A stretch of DNA of 64,000 nucleotides from Eledone cirrhosa (Eukaryota), in contig OZ024741.1 in the NCBI GenBank assembly GCA_964016885.1, forward strand, positions 85,560,001 to 85,624,000. Direction: 5' to 3'. Below, one piece after another: positions 1-12,257 of the stretch. A program made the position numbers and the translations under genes. The notes beneath the pieces are model-generated. The model saw only the letters and a program-made list of their open reading frames with translations. It made no database searches and had not been told where the DNA came from. Position 1 is the stretch's first letter. Every line of letters starts with the position of its first letter.

Positions 1-37
1 GTTTATAACCCTCGGAGAAATGGAAAAAGATGAGTGT

Positions 38-109
38 TGCCGTACATGGGAGTCGAACCCACATCTTTGGTTATCCAGACCACTGTGCTACCATACACCA
101 ATACACATC
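38..109 (-). tRNA. tRNA-like sequence (pseudo-tRNA or SINE head)
   Basis: Minus strand folds as a near cloverleaf: D arm GTGT/GCAC, anticodon arm TGGT-CTGGATA-ACCA, T arm GTGGG-TTCGACT-CCCAT (B box). The acceptor stem is imperfect. The 3' flank (1-47) recurs at 1880-1965 and 35140-35195, so it belongs to a repeat family. Confidence 0.6.
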
Positions 110-137
110 CCATCTCCTTCCATTCGAATTAGAAGCT

Positions 138-420
138 ATAATTTTGAGTATGTGTTAGTTGTTTACCGACACCTCAGTATGCAGACTGGAGCACTCAACG
201 AAGTGCGCAGGTTTGTCTGTTTACTCCGGAGTAATGTAAAAACAAGAAGTGTAATTGAACAGGGTAAAATTAGCTTCGTTTATTCACTGCGGTCATAGCT
301 CTGAGGTCATAGCACTGAGGTCATAGCTGTTGAATAATGGCTATCACCGAAATATAAATAGCAGCGAATATGAATAAACGAAGCTAATTTTACCCTGTTG
401 ACTTACATTTTTGTTTTATA
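138..420. repeat. Interspersed repeat with inverted duplication of its end; second copy at 7264-7515
   Basis: AACAGGGTAAAATTAGCTTCGTTTATTCA (~258-286) is inverted at ~371-399. The same organisation occurs at 7264-7515, flanked by (TA)n. Confidence 0.75.
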
Positions 421-647
421 TATGTTTTTTTTTTTTTCAACATACTGAATATGTGGAGATACTGAATATAGAATTTTATGCAGTCTCGATTACTTTGCAT
501 TGTATATATTTAGAGAGATAAATACATTATCAGTTGATGAAAGTTGGTTGATCAAAAATTACCGACTTTTTCGAAAACAGACGTGAAACACTCTACGGTT
601 TGTATCCCCTAGGGTTTTCTCCGTAAGATATCGCCAGGAGTTTTAGT

Positions 648-760
648 ATAATAAATAAAAGAGACGGTTTTATTCATATATCTTCATTTTATTATCTAAT
701 TCATGAATTAGATAATAAAACGAAGATGTACGAATAAAACCGTCTCTCTTATTTATTATT
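648..760. repeat. ~110 bp near-perfect palindrome
   Basis: GAGACGGTTTTATTC...ATTATCTAATTCA|TGAATTAGATAAT...GAATAAAACCGTCTC, centred near 703. Confidence 0.85.
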
Positions 761-794
761 ATTATCATATTTATATATATATATATATCCCTTA

Positions 795-1740
795 GCAGAT
801 TAATTGCATAAGTTTATTTTAAAAACTACCCAGTCGAGAGCTTATTCGATTTGTGCTATTTATGCAATTTTTTGCATGGATTTACGCATACTGAATTCAT
901 TTGCCAAAATATGGGGTTTTTCTCCCGTGAGTTACGCATGTTTCTTTACAAAACACTGTGTCATCCACAACACTGGCGCAGAACAAAATACCTGTTGATA
1001 ACGTGATATTCCTCGTTCGATCATTATACCAAAAGCTTATTGTTTTAAGCAGACAGTATTATTGATTTAGGTGTCGCAGAAACCCTGTACTGGATTTTAC
1101 CATCAATTCCAAGGGTTCAGGCTTGTTATATATATATATGTATATGTATACATATATATATATATATGAATATATCATTTATTTTGTCTGACCTGTTTAG
1201 CTTGACTTGTTTTTTTGCTTCTTGACCGCCTTCTCAGTTTGTATGGCCTTTATAACCTATGTTTATTGCTCTGGTCTTTTTAGCTCGTGGGGCGCTTGCC
1301 AGCATGACTCAGAATTTGCGTTACGTTTCGCTTTTTCTACCCGTCTAAATGCGATTCTCGCTGAATTTATATTTGTATTAATCTCCCGAGTCTTACAATT
1401 AACCTGTTAATAATTCTATTGACAGATTAATTGCATAAGTTTATTTTAAAAACTACCCGGTCGAGAGCTTATTTGATTTGTGTTATTTATGCAATTTTTT
1501 GCATGGATTTACACATACTGAATTCATTTGCCAAAATCTGGGGTTTACACATGTGCTTTTACAAAAACTGTGTCATCCACAACACTGGCGCAGAACAAAA
1601 TACCTGTTGATAACGTGATATTCCTCATTCGATCATTATACCAAAAGCTTATTGTTTTAAGCAGACAGTATTATTGATTTAGGTGTCGCAGAAACCCTGT
1701 ACTGGATTTTACCATCAATTCCAAGGGTCTAGATTTGTTA
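795..1740. repeat. Partial tandem copies of a non-coding repeat (795-1125 and 1168-1740); further piece at 2270-2490
   Basis: 795-1125 matches 1422-1740 and 1168-1370 matches 2270-2490. Copies are bounded by (TA)n. A diverged homolog lies inverted at 34640-34860. Confidence 0.85.
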
Positions 1741-1810
1741 TATATATATATATAAGCAAATTATAAATGTAAACATGTAAGTATGTTTTTGAAACGGTGC
1801 GCGAGTTTGA

Positions 1811-2030
1811 AATTAGAAATTAGAAATTATAAGCTTTCACCGTATTTTAGACTAAAGAAATTTCTAGCCTGATAGTGGGGTTTATAACCCTCGGAGAAAT
1901 GGAAAAAGATGAGTGTTCCGTACATGTACGGCAACACTCATCTTTTTCCATTTCTCCGAGGGTTATAAACCCCACTATCAGGCTTGAAATTTCTTTAGTC
2001 TAAAATACGGTGAAAGCTTATAATTTCTAA

Positions 2031-2038
<8 letters not shown>
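1811..2038. repeat. ~230 bp near-perfect palindrome built from two inverted 3' halves of the tRNA-headed repeat
   Basis: Arms mirror around GTACATGTAC (~1920-1929). The inner part of the left arm equals window positions 1-47. Confidence 0.9.
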
Positions 2039-2074
<36 letters not shown>

Positions 2075-2213
2075 GTGAGGTTTTTTTTTACAAAATGAAA
2101 AATAACCGAGGTGTCCTACACGAGTGAAAGTATAAAGAAAAAGAGATGAAATCGAAAATGCAACTGGAGTCTTATTTTTTTTTTTTAAAGAAAATATATA
2201 TATTTATTTGGTT

Positions 2214-2272
<59 letters not shown>

Positions 2273-2484
2273 TATGTCATTTATTTTGTCTAACCTGTTT
2301 AGCTTGATTTGTTTTTTTTGGCTTAGGTGGTTAATGGCTTCTTGACCGCCTTCTCAGTTTGTATGGCCTTTATAACCTATGTTTATTGCTCTGGTCTATT
2401 TAGCCCATGGAGCGCTTGCCAGCATGACTCGGAGTTTGCGTTATGTTTCGCTTTTTCTACCCGCCAAAATGCGATTCTCGATGA

Positions 2485-2534
<50 letters not shown>

Positions 2535-3666
2535 GATAAATTTATCTCTCTATATATATATATACAATGCAAAGTAAACGAGACTGTATAAAATTCTATA
2601 TTCAGTATCTCCACATATTCAGTATTTCGACATGTAAATATGTCAAATCTGTATATTTTCCTGTAAATTACAAAAAACGATGAATAGTTTGATAGTTTTT
2701 CAAACCTTGACACGTCCTCATCAGAAGGAATGTGTTTCATTTAAACATTCACAAAGAAATGTGCAACTGAGAGCCTTATATGTCCTATTACATATAGTAA
2801 TATCACTGAAATGGACGTACTAATTTGCTTATTATTAGCGAACGTGTGACAGCTGATATAAATATTTTTTATCAGACTCCAATACGGTTTTCAGTTTTTC
2901 AGGTTAACTCTGATTGAACAGACCACTCCTATCTGTCGGTATATGTTTATATCTAGGTGTATGCGGACGCAGTCCTGTGTAAGTGATTAAAAGAGCTTCC
3001 TAATACTGCGGTCTAGCGCTCGATCCGACGGCTTAGAGTCTTGAGCAAATGAAATTTTGCATAATCTTGGGCTGAATGATTGGGTACGGAAACTATGTGA
3101 AAGCCCGTCGGATAGATTGTACCTGTAACTAAAAGAGTCGGCCATGTTATATATTGTATCATAATGTTTCGGTTTAGGTGTTATGTTAAGATTATACGTG
3201 TCTATCAAATACTAAATCACACGTTAATCGCACGTTAATCTTTAGATGATCAGTTGATCGAAAAACTGTTCATCCTTGAAACTGATGGATAATTCATCAA
3301 TCGATATGTACTTCCCTATTTAATTATTTATTAGTTTCAAGATGGTTATATTGTGGTTTAAAGAGATTTAACTTGCATTGCTAGCCGATAGAATAATCAC
3401 ATAGAGGCTGTGACGGTGGTATTGGCACGAAGGTGGTAGAGATGATGTGTTGGCAGGCAGGATTGGAGAAGTTGAGGATGGATGTGATGCGGGATGGGGA
3501 TTGATGCAGTATGGAGTAGAGGTGGATACTATGCAGGGACGGAGGAAAAGAGAACGTAGAAAAAAAATCAATCTAAAAATTAAGAGAGAATTACTTTTTC
3601 TTCCCAAACCAAATATTTCGGAATGATGGATAGCGACAAGAGGAAGGTCACAATATTTTGGCCTGA

Positions 3667-3939
<273 letters not shown>

Positions 3940-5231
3940 TAAATTACAAATATTGAATGAAACAGTAGAACTCTGTGAGAAAGGCAAAGAGATTGTTTGG
4001 GTCGGTGGGTCGGGGAGAAATAATATTTGATGTTTTATTTTCGGCGCCGATATTGGATTAAATTTAGTTTGACTAATTAAGAATACGTTAAGCACGTGAT
4101 TTATACTGACCAACCAGAAATAAAATGATGATCACTTTCCAAAAATAATAATAATGCTTTCTTTATAGCGCCTATTATACAATAAACGTTATAAACACGT
4201 GGAGCTGGACAAAGTTATATGAAAACGAGAATAGGTGCGAGAATGTTGTACAATCGATGGATTAAAATTCTTAGTAAAATTGCTTTTGCAGACTTTTAGG
4301 CAGGGTGCAGCCCCTTTACCGCCACGCCCTAGGCCCAGAGCCCAATCATATTTCCCCTCCCCCCTTTCCATTCTTCTGTGACACTAGAGTCCTTGCCATT
4401 CCTCCCTTTCTCGTTTCTTTTTCTCTTTTTTCTATTTTCCTATTTTACATTCCATTCTTTCTTCTCAATCTAAATTTTCTTTTTTTCTTTTTCTATAAAC
4501 TGTATTTACATGATATATTTCATAAATAAAATTAATTCATCTCCATTTGCAGACAAAAAGCGAAATATGTAGAAAACGATAATCTACACAAGATATAATA
4601 TAAAATCAGAAATAAAAGCATTGGGGGTTACCACGGTAAATTTGAGGCAGAGAGCATCCATATTTCTATTCTACTCACGCACAATACATTATATTCTTTC
4701 TGAAGCTCATCGAAGTCTCCAGAAATTGGTGTGTTCACCAATAAAAGAAATAGAACCAATAACTGGTGGAGCAGTAGCTTCAAAATCATGCTCATTATTT
4801 GGTCTTTGTCCTTACGGGATCGATAAAATAAAGTACCAGTAATGCACGGGGTATTTGCTGGCCTTGTGCCAAAAGTAGAACCAATTATTTGGTCTTTGTT
4901 TTCAGTCCCTTGGAGCAGAAAACACTCCAGTAACTTTCGCAGTCACAAATGAAACAATTGAGCTTTCTGCCCCGCACACTCAGTTATATATTTCTTTTGA
5001 CTTTGCACTCATAACGGAGTTCAGCTTTCAAAAGGTCGTGTAGTGCCGAGTGCTAAATCAAAATGATGCTCAACAATGTAATCAATGCACAAGGCTACCA
5101 TCCATCTTAACGTGTATTTATGTTTAGTGAAACTGCCTTGCTTACTTTCATATATTTTAATTTTCTCTTCTTTTTTTCTTCGTTTCTGCTTTTCTTCTGT
5201 AATTTTCTTTTGTTTGCTTTTTTTGATAAAG

Positions 5232-5442
5232 GAAACTTGAAAAACTGAAGATGCTGGCAGAAGAAGAAGAAGAAGAAGAAGAAGAAGAAGAAGAAGAAGA
5301 AGAAGAAGAAGAAGAAGAAGAAGAAGAAAGAAAAGGGAAAGGAATTTGGGGGAAATGTTTAGCTTGTATCTCGACTAACCTAAGACAAAGACGAAACAAG
5401 TTTGAAAATGGAATACGATTCACGCGGAAGCACACAGGATAA
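5232..5442 (+). CDS. Candidate terminal coding exon (KLEKLKMLA-polyE-RKGKGIWGKCLACISTNLRQRR...HTG*), unknown protein
   Basis: A ~70 nt polypyrimidine tract precedes AG at 5230-5231, then an open frame runs to TAA. The paralogous segment at ~18563-18715 keeps the same frame and stop. Confidence 0.35.
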
Positions 5443-5454
5443 AATAATAATAAT

Positions 5455-5838
5455 TGTTTCGACTTTTGGCACAAGGCCAGCAATTACCCAGTAAATTACT
5501 GGTACTTTATTTTATCGACACCATAAGGATGAAAGGCAAAGTTAACCTCGACGGGATTTGAACTCAGACCGTAAAGGGACGTAACTATGCTAGAAAGCAT
5601 GGCTTCCAACCCTCTACCGATACTGCCAATTCACCGCCCAGGATAAAATAATAATAATTGTTTCAACTTTTGGCACAAGGCCAGCAATTACCCAGTGCAT
5701 TACTGGTACTTTATTTTATCGACCCCGTAAGGATGAAAGGCAAAGTTAACCTCGGCGGGATTTGAACTCAGATCTTAAAGGGACATAACGCTTTGCGTCA
5801 AAGCATGGCGTCCGACCCTTTACTGATACTGCCAATCC
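5455..5838 (-). mobile_element. Two tandem tRNA-derived SINEs (family 1) inserted in a (TAA)n tract
   Basis: Each copy has an A box (TGGCAGTATC), a B box (GAGTTCAAATC), the central GCCTTTCATCCTTA.GG.GTCGATAAAATAAAGTACCAG domain and a GGCCTTGTGCCAAAAGT tail. The duplicated segment at ~18710-18730 lacks them. Confidence 0.9.
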
Positions 5839-5874
5839 AATAATAATGACAATAATATATAATGATAAACATGC

Positions 5875-5968
<94 letters not shown>

Positions 5969-6237
5969 CGTGTGTGTGTGTACATGTATATATGTATATA
6001 TGCATATATATATTTATGTATACGTATGTATGTATATATGCATATATAGATATATATACATGTATATAAATATCTACACATGTATGTATGTATATATGTT
6101 TGTATGCATACTAGATATCTATGAATGTATGTATGCTTGTATGCATGTGTATATGCATGTGTGTTTGCATGCATATATATATATGTATGCATGTATGTGT
6201 ATATGTATGCATGTGAGTCTATATGCATGTATGCATA

Positions 6238-6279
<42 letters not shown>

Positions 6280-6282
<3 letters not shown>

Positions 6283-7248
6283 GTATATATATAAAATTAA
6301 GTATGTGTGTGTGTGTCTGTGTGTCTGTGTATTACCTATAGGGGCCTACATCTTACGGCTGATTTTCATGAAACTTTACAGGCTCATAGATTAGTCATTG
6401 GAGAGTCTTTTCTATATATCAGCGTATGGTTTTTTATTCCGGGGTCATTCTGCAGATAAATATAGATAGGGGGGGGGGGGGGGCACCTTTTTTTAGGTAT
6501 CAAAAAATAAGATTTTTGGCTCTAGCCACCGATTTCGTTCAAATTTTAAAGCAAAATAGAATTTATCATTGCACATCCTGTAATGGCTTTATATTTTGCA
6601 TTTGTTGTTCAAGGACGGCGTGGCAGCCGCTTAAATATTTAAAAATACCACTTTTAGACTCAAATTTCCATTTTTTCAGCTCTTGCTTCCACATTAATCA
6701 ACCTACTTTGTTCAAATTTTACACTATGCTAGATCTGATTATTTCACGTCTTAAACTGGCTTTACATTTGGGATTTTTTGTTCGGGAGCGGCGTGGCAGC
6801 CGCTTAAATATTCGAAAATACCACCTTTTCGCTCAAATTTCCGCCTTTTCGAAACTTCGGCTCCACCTCACACATAAATCAATTTATTTGGTTCAACTTT
6901 TATACTACGATAGAACCTATCATTGCACATCTTATAGATGGTCAAAGGCAAAACGATGGCCACTGACGTCGTCTGAGCTTTTAGTTGTGTATTTGAGAAT
7001 TCATCGGTTTCCAATAAAGTAGCGTGAGGAAATTTGGCTTAGTGTTAGAAGTCATTACCTCCCTCCCCCAGCATGCCCCTTCGTCAGTCACCCGAGTTTC
7101 TCAGTGATAGAGGTCATCACCACCCTCTCCTGCATGGCCTGTGTGTGGCCATAGATGAGTCATCGAGAAGCAATCACTAAGATCAACACCTTTTCATCAA
7201 AGCAGATATTATTTTATCTACCCAGGCAATGCTGGGTACTGCTGCTAG
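6280..7248 (+). mobile_element. Non-autonomous Helitron
   Basis: 5' TC-TGTATATATAAAA followed by TGTGTCTG repeats. 3' hairpin ACCCAGGC-AAT-GCTGGGT then CTAG. Sits between A and T with no target-site duplication (TSD). Internal duplicated subrepeat at ~6617 and ~6790. Confidence 0.8.
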
Positions 7249-7508
7249 TATATATATATATATATAATTTTGAGAATGTGTTGGTTGTTTACTGACACGT
7301 CAGTATGCAGATTGGAGCACTCAACGAAGAGCGCAGGTTGGTTTGTTTACTCCAGAGTAATGTAAAAATAAGAAGTGTAGTCAACAGGGTAAAATTAGCT
7401 TCGTTTATTCATATTCGCTGCTATATATATTTCTTAGCTACCACTGAAATATATATAGCAGCGAATGTGAATGAACGAAGCCAACTTTACCCTGTTGACT
7501 TACACTTC

Positions 7509-7544
<36 letters not shown>

Positions 7545-7929
7545 CTCCAGAAAACTTCCTTGTAGAGTGGTTTTAACCTATTGTAAAACTATATTCATTG
7601 AGTAATCAATGAACCATATTAATCTTTCGTTATATATATAGTGTATATATATATATATATATAGGATAACAAGGTATCGTTTAAGGTAACTCCCCTGATT
7701 AATGAAACAATTGTTAATACTGTAAATAAGCCCTTTTTGTACAACCGACCATGTTCGGGATCGACCTTTTTTCCGGAAAACGGTGTGGGGTGACCCCCTT
7801 CCTCCCAGGAATTTTCTCTATCTTTTTTTCTTTTTCGCGTGTTATCAAAGTATATGAGCTCCAAACCAGTCGGAAACGACCAGCTTTTAGAAAAAGATGG
7901 GGTTGGATTGATTGTCGGAAAGACCATCG

Positions 7930-8290
7930 GAGTTTACAGGAAAATAATAATTTGTTCCTGTTATCAACTAATCTGACATTCGCAAAGGCTTTTCTTCCCG
8001 CAAAACGGTAGAGTGGGGTGGGGTAGGGATAGGACTATGGTTAGAGTTGGGGTTAGGGATAGAGTTAGGGTTAGGGTTAGGCTTAGCGTTAGGGTAAGTG
8101 TTAGTGCTGGTTAGGTTTGAGTTAGGGTTAGTGCTAAGTTTATTATAGGTTAGGGTTAGGGTTAGGGTGATCTGGGGAGAGGTTATGTTTTCCGGGGAGA
8201 AAAAGATCTTTGCGGAAGGTTCGGTGATCAGATTAGTTGATAACTCGCGAAAAAGAAATGAGGAAAAATAGTTATTTCCCACGAAAAGTG
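7930..8290. mobile_element. MITE-like inverted-repeat element with a degenerate (TTAGGG)n core
   Basis: GTTATCAACTAATCTGA (~7960) is inverted as TCAGATTAGTTGATAAC (~8228). TTAGGG-like units fill 8035-8170. Confidence 0.6.
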
Positions 8291-8629
8291 AGCGAGTTAT
8301 AGATCTGGGAAATGGCGCACCCTCCCGTCTCCATTTCCAGGAGGGAAAGGTCGACTATGAGTAGGTTGGGGATCAAATTAGTTGATAGCACACGAAAAGA
8401 AAACTGAAATCGATAGGGGTGTTCTATAAATTTGCATTTTATTAATTTTTTTTTCATTTTCAGCATTGGAATTTGGATATCAACTAGGTAAATACGAATG
8501 TATGTGTGTATGCGTTTGTGTGAGTATGCAGATATGGGTATGATTGCATGTGTAGATCTGTATGAATATGAGTACATGTGCATATGTTTCAGTATCTATA
8601 CATGTGTATATGCACTTATTTCATGAATG

Positions 8630-11600
8630 TATGTTCTTCTGGTTTTATAATTTCACAAATGTTTGCCAATAGAGAGAGAGTCGGTTTCTAACATAGTTAC
8701 AAGACACTTTCATTGGAATTTATACAACATCAACTAGGTAGATATGTCTGCATGTCTGCATACATGCATGTGTAGGTATGGATGCTATTGTATGTGTGGA
8801 TGTGGATGTTTTGAGTTGTATGTGTGCATGTGTATATGCTTTGTATCTATACATGTGTATATGCAGTTATTAGATGCAACTTTTTTGGAATGTTTTACAT
8901 ATTTTTAGTGTTCCATTAATAGATTGTACTTGTAATTTCCTAACTAGTTGTGTTCTTTCTGTTCCTGTGAAGCCCAGCTTCTCAAGATTTGTATTGAAGC
9001 AATTACTAACATAACCCAGTGCCCCAATAATCACAGGCATAAATCTGAAGGTGTAATCAGGGTAGAGTATCTTCAGATTTCTCATCAGTTCTGCATAAAT
9101 ATTCTCCTTTTCTCTAATCTTTGATATTATATTGGCATCTGCTGGGCAGCTAACTTCCACTACTGTGCATGCCTTCTTTTCCTTGTCCCTTATCATAATA
9201 TCTGGTCTGTTATGCCTGCATTTTATTGGGGTTTTTACTGGAACATTCCACCAGTATTCTTTCGTATTATGTATATGTATGTCTTCCACATTGCTGTAGC
9301 TTTTAATGTGTTTATTATCGGGGTTATCTTTTCTACGGATTGCATTGTACAGTGTTTTGGCCACTACATCATGCCTCATAGGTAGATAGTACCGTGATCA
9401 CATCTTTGGACAGTTGCTTATGACATGGGTGACATCTTCGATGTTAATTCTGCAGAGTCTGCACTTGTTATCACATCTAGGTGTTTTGCCTGCATCCCTA
9501 TCTCTTTTGTGAATCAGGTATTTCGTGTTGATTTCCTGTTCTTGGATTGCTAAAGCGTATCCTTCAAAGTGGGAGCCAATACAGCGGTTGTTGGTCCAAG
9601 ATAGACTACTTTCTTTAGCTATATTACTCTCACTCTGGAGCTTCCTGGCAACATATACATGCATGATTTTTTGCTGATAGGCATGCAGTTTTTCATCCAT
9701 GGATTCACTGCGATACTGCTGAGCGACTTCCCTGGGTGTGCGTTTTTGATTATCACACAGGGAATATCGCTCGAGGAGTTCTTTTCCAACTCTCATGATC
9801 TTATCTGTTTGATGCAGAGAGTCGGACTCCTACGCTTCGAGGTTCGTAGGTGTTGTTGGGGGGATATGATCCGACATTCAAATGTTGTCTGGACTGATGC
9901 TAGGTCTCTGCTTCCCTGCTTACGTTTCAAGTAAAGGCGGTCTATATCACTGTTGATGTGGAAGTTTCCGGTGTTGTTTAGTATTTTTCGAGTTCTAACA
10001 TCAACTGCTCGGATTTCGTCTATCGTCCAATTGAGTATTCCAAACGTTGGTGTTAGGATAGGCACAGCAAACACATTGTGAGCCACTGTTTTGTTTTCCG
10101 CAGAGAGTTCCGATGAGCATATCTTTCTTAATAGAGTGTAGTATTCCTTGTTTATGCGTTCCTTATTACAGATATCATTATAGGATATGGTCTCATCTAT
10201 CCCCAGGTATCTGTAGCAGTCCTCATCAGATATCGGTGAAACAGTTAGGCCATTGATGACAATGTTGCTAGATTGGGTTGTTGTTTTTCCCCGCTTTACA
10301 GTCATATATGAGCATTTATCTTGGCCAAACTCCATTCCTATATCCTTTGAGAATGTTGTAACTAGGTCAAGATTTTTCTTCATCCTATCCATGTTCTTGG
10401 CATAGAGTTTCAGATCATCCACAAAGAAATTATGGATTAGGTTCGTATTTCTGTCCTCCTGTGAGCCAATGATGTATCCTTCATGTTTCTTGAGCAGAAA
10501 GGACAAGGGGTTTAATGACAGGATAAATATCACAGAGAGACTGTCTCCCTGAAATATACCCCTGCGATATTTTATTTTATCAGTGAAAATAGATTCCTCC
10601 TTCTCTGTCTTTAACTTTAGAATAGTAGTCCAAGAAGAAGATAGCTTCTCTATGGTTCATATAATAATGTCTGGGACTCTAGCATGTCGGAGGACCTCTA
10701 TGATCCAAGAGTGGGGAACAGAATCTAAAGCTTTCCTGTAGTCCAGCCAGACTGTAGCCATATTCCCCCTAGGTTGTCGCACCTCCGACATCGCAGTTTT
10801 GTTGATTAGTTGTTCAGCACATCCCCAAACCCCGTTCTTTCCAGCTGCTTGTTCATCTGTGATGATGTTATTATTTTCACAGTGATCTTGGAGGAATAGG
10901 TTCAGGCAGGCTGTATACATCTTATACATCAGGTTCTGGCATGCAATGGGTCAGTAATTTTTTGTCAAGTGGGTGTCTTTGTTCTTAGGGACCAGTAATG
11001 TTTGTGCTAATGTCAACCATTCTGGTATAAGTGTCTCTCCCTTAAGAACTTGTTGGTAGAGGTCGGTAACATACCTCCGATAGAATATCAGTTTTTTGTA
11101 CCAGTAGCCGACAATCAAGTCTCTTCCTGGTGTTTTCTTATCTTGGAGTTTTCCTATCACAGTCTCAAGGGTACCTTCACTTATTTCGTATGTTTTTTGT
11201 TGTAGTGTAGGAGCAATAGTTCTTTGGGATTTCTTTTAGCCACACCCATATTTTTCTCCAAAAGGAATCTGTCTTTCTGGGATAGGGCCTCAGTGACACT
11301 TATTATTTTGCCCTTCATATCTCTATAGACTGGTGTTTGGTTTCGTCTGAATCTTTTATTAAGCACTTTTCTTTCATCTACCTTCTTCATGTATCGGCGT
11401 TTTTCGCTAGCAGCTCTCAATTCTTGTTTGAGGGTGATCAGCTTATATTGAAGAGTTCTGGTTCTACTGTTACCAAACGTCGTCTCTATTTTATTTTCAC
11501 TCTTTGTTGGTGAGGAGTGAAATTTTGTTGTGTTTGTTTGCATGTAAGGAGCATATCCTATGGTTTTTCGTAGGTCAGCAACCTTTTTTTCTATTTTAGT

Positions 11601-12135
11601 TATATATGATGGTATTTTTTGTTGTGTTTTGTTCTTGTTAATATCTCTGCTATCACCAAGATAATGCTTTACTGTCGTTGCTAGGGCATATAAACAGGCG
11701 TTGATTTGCCAAAATGTTTGTGTTTTCATCCGTCGTAAATATTCATCCCCTATTTCGTCTATAACACGTAATATTTCATTATTTAGTTTTTTATTAAATG
11801 TTGTTTTATTTCGTTCAGCAAGAGAGATATTTATACATGAATTAATTTCTCTCTGGAAGATTTCGTTGAGGGAAATTTTCAATTGTTTATACTTTTGATT
11901 ATTACCATTATCGATAGTATTTTCCACAACAGTCGAGGTAGACTCAGATGGTACACGTGGTGTCAAATTTCTTCGATTATTATTGTTGTCGATAGTGTTT
12001 TCCCCAGCATTCGAGGTACACGCAGATTGTACACGTGGTGTCAAATTTCTTAGATTATTATTATTATTTCTTCGATTATTATTATTATCGATAGTGTTTT
12101 TTCCAGCATTCGAGGTAGACTTAGATGTTACACGT
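8630..12135 (-). mobile_element. R4/Dong-like RLE non-LTR retrotransposon, near full length, frameshifted
   Basis: ORF pieces give RT motifs (DEQAAGK, WLDYRKALDSVPH, FFVDDLKLY), a CCHC finger (CRLC...HVISNC), RHD, and a PD-(D/E)xK endonuclease (NRPDI...VEVSCP...KENIY). Both ends abut (TATG)n-type repeats. Confidence 0.92.
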
Positions 12136-12257
12136 GTATGTATGTATGTGTGTATGTATGTATGTATATATGAGTGTATGTATGTATGTATGTATGAGTC
12201 TATGTATGTATGAGTCTATGTATGTATGAGTCTATGTATGTATGTATGTATGTATGT

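Noticed and set aside
38-109. Functional tRNA-Ser(GGA)
   Set aside because: Mismatched acceptor stem, no long variable arm, an anticodon atypical for eukaryotes, and a repeated 3' flank.
525-600. TTGATGA...CGAAA with AAGTTGGT/ACCGACTT stem as a hammerhead
   Set aside because: U3 with G8 is unpaired, there are extra bases before GAAA, and stems I and III cannot be closed.
4553-4635. Upstream exon (TTTGCAG acceptor, GTAAAT donor) joining the 5232 exon
   Set aside because: Stops in all three frames and no consistent phase match.
6426-7022. 198 aa ORF as a gene
   Set aside because: Lies inside a non-autonomous Helitron with internal duplications and shows no Rep or helicase motifs.
8035-8170. 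True telomere or fusion site
   Set aside because: Short, degenerate, single orientation and enclosed by inverted repeats.
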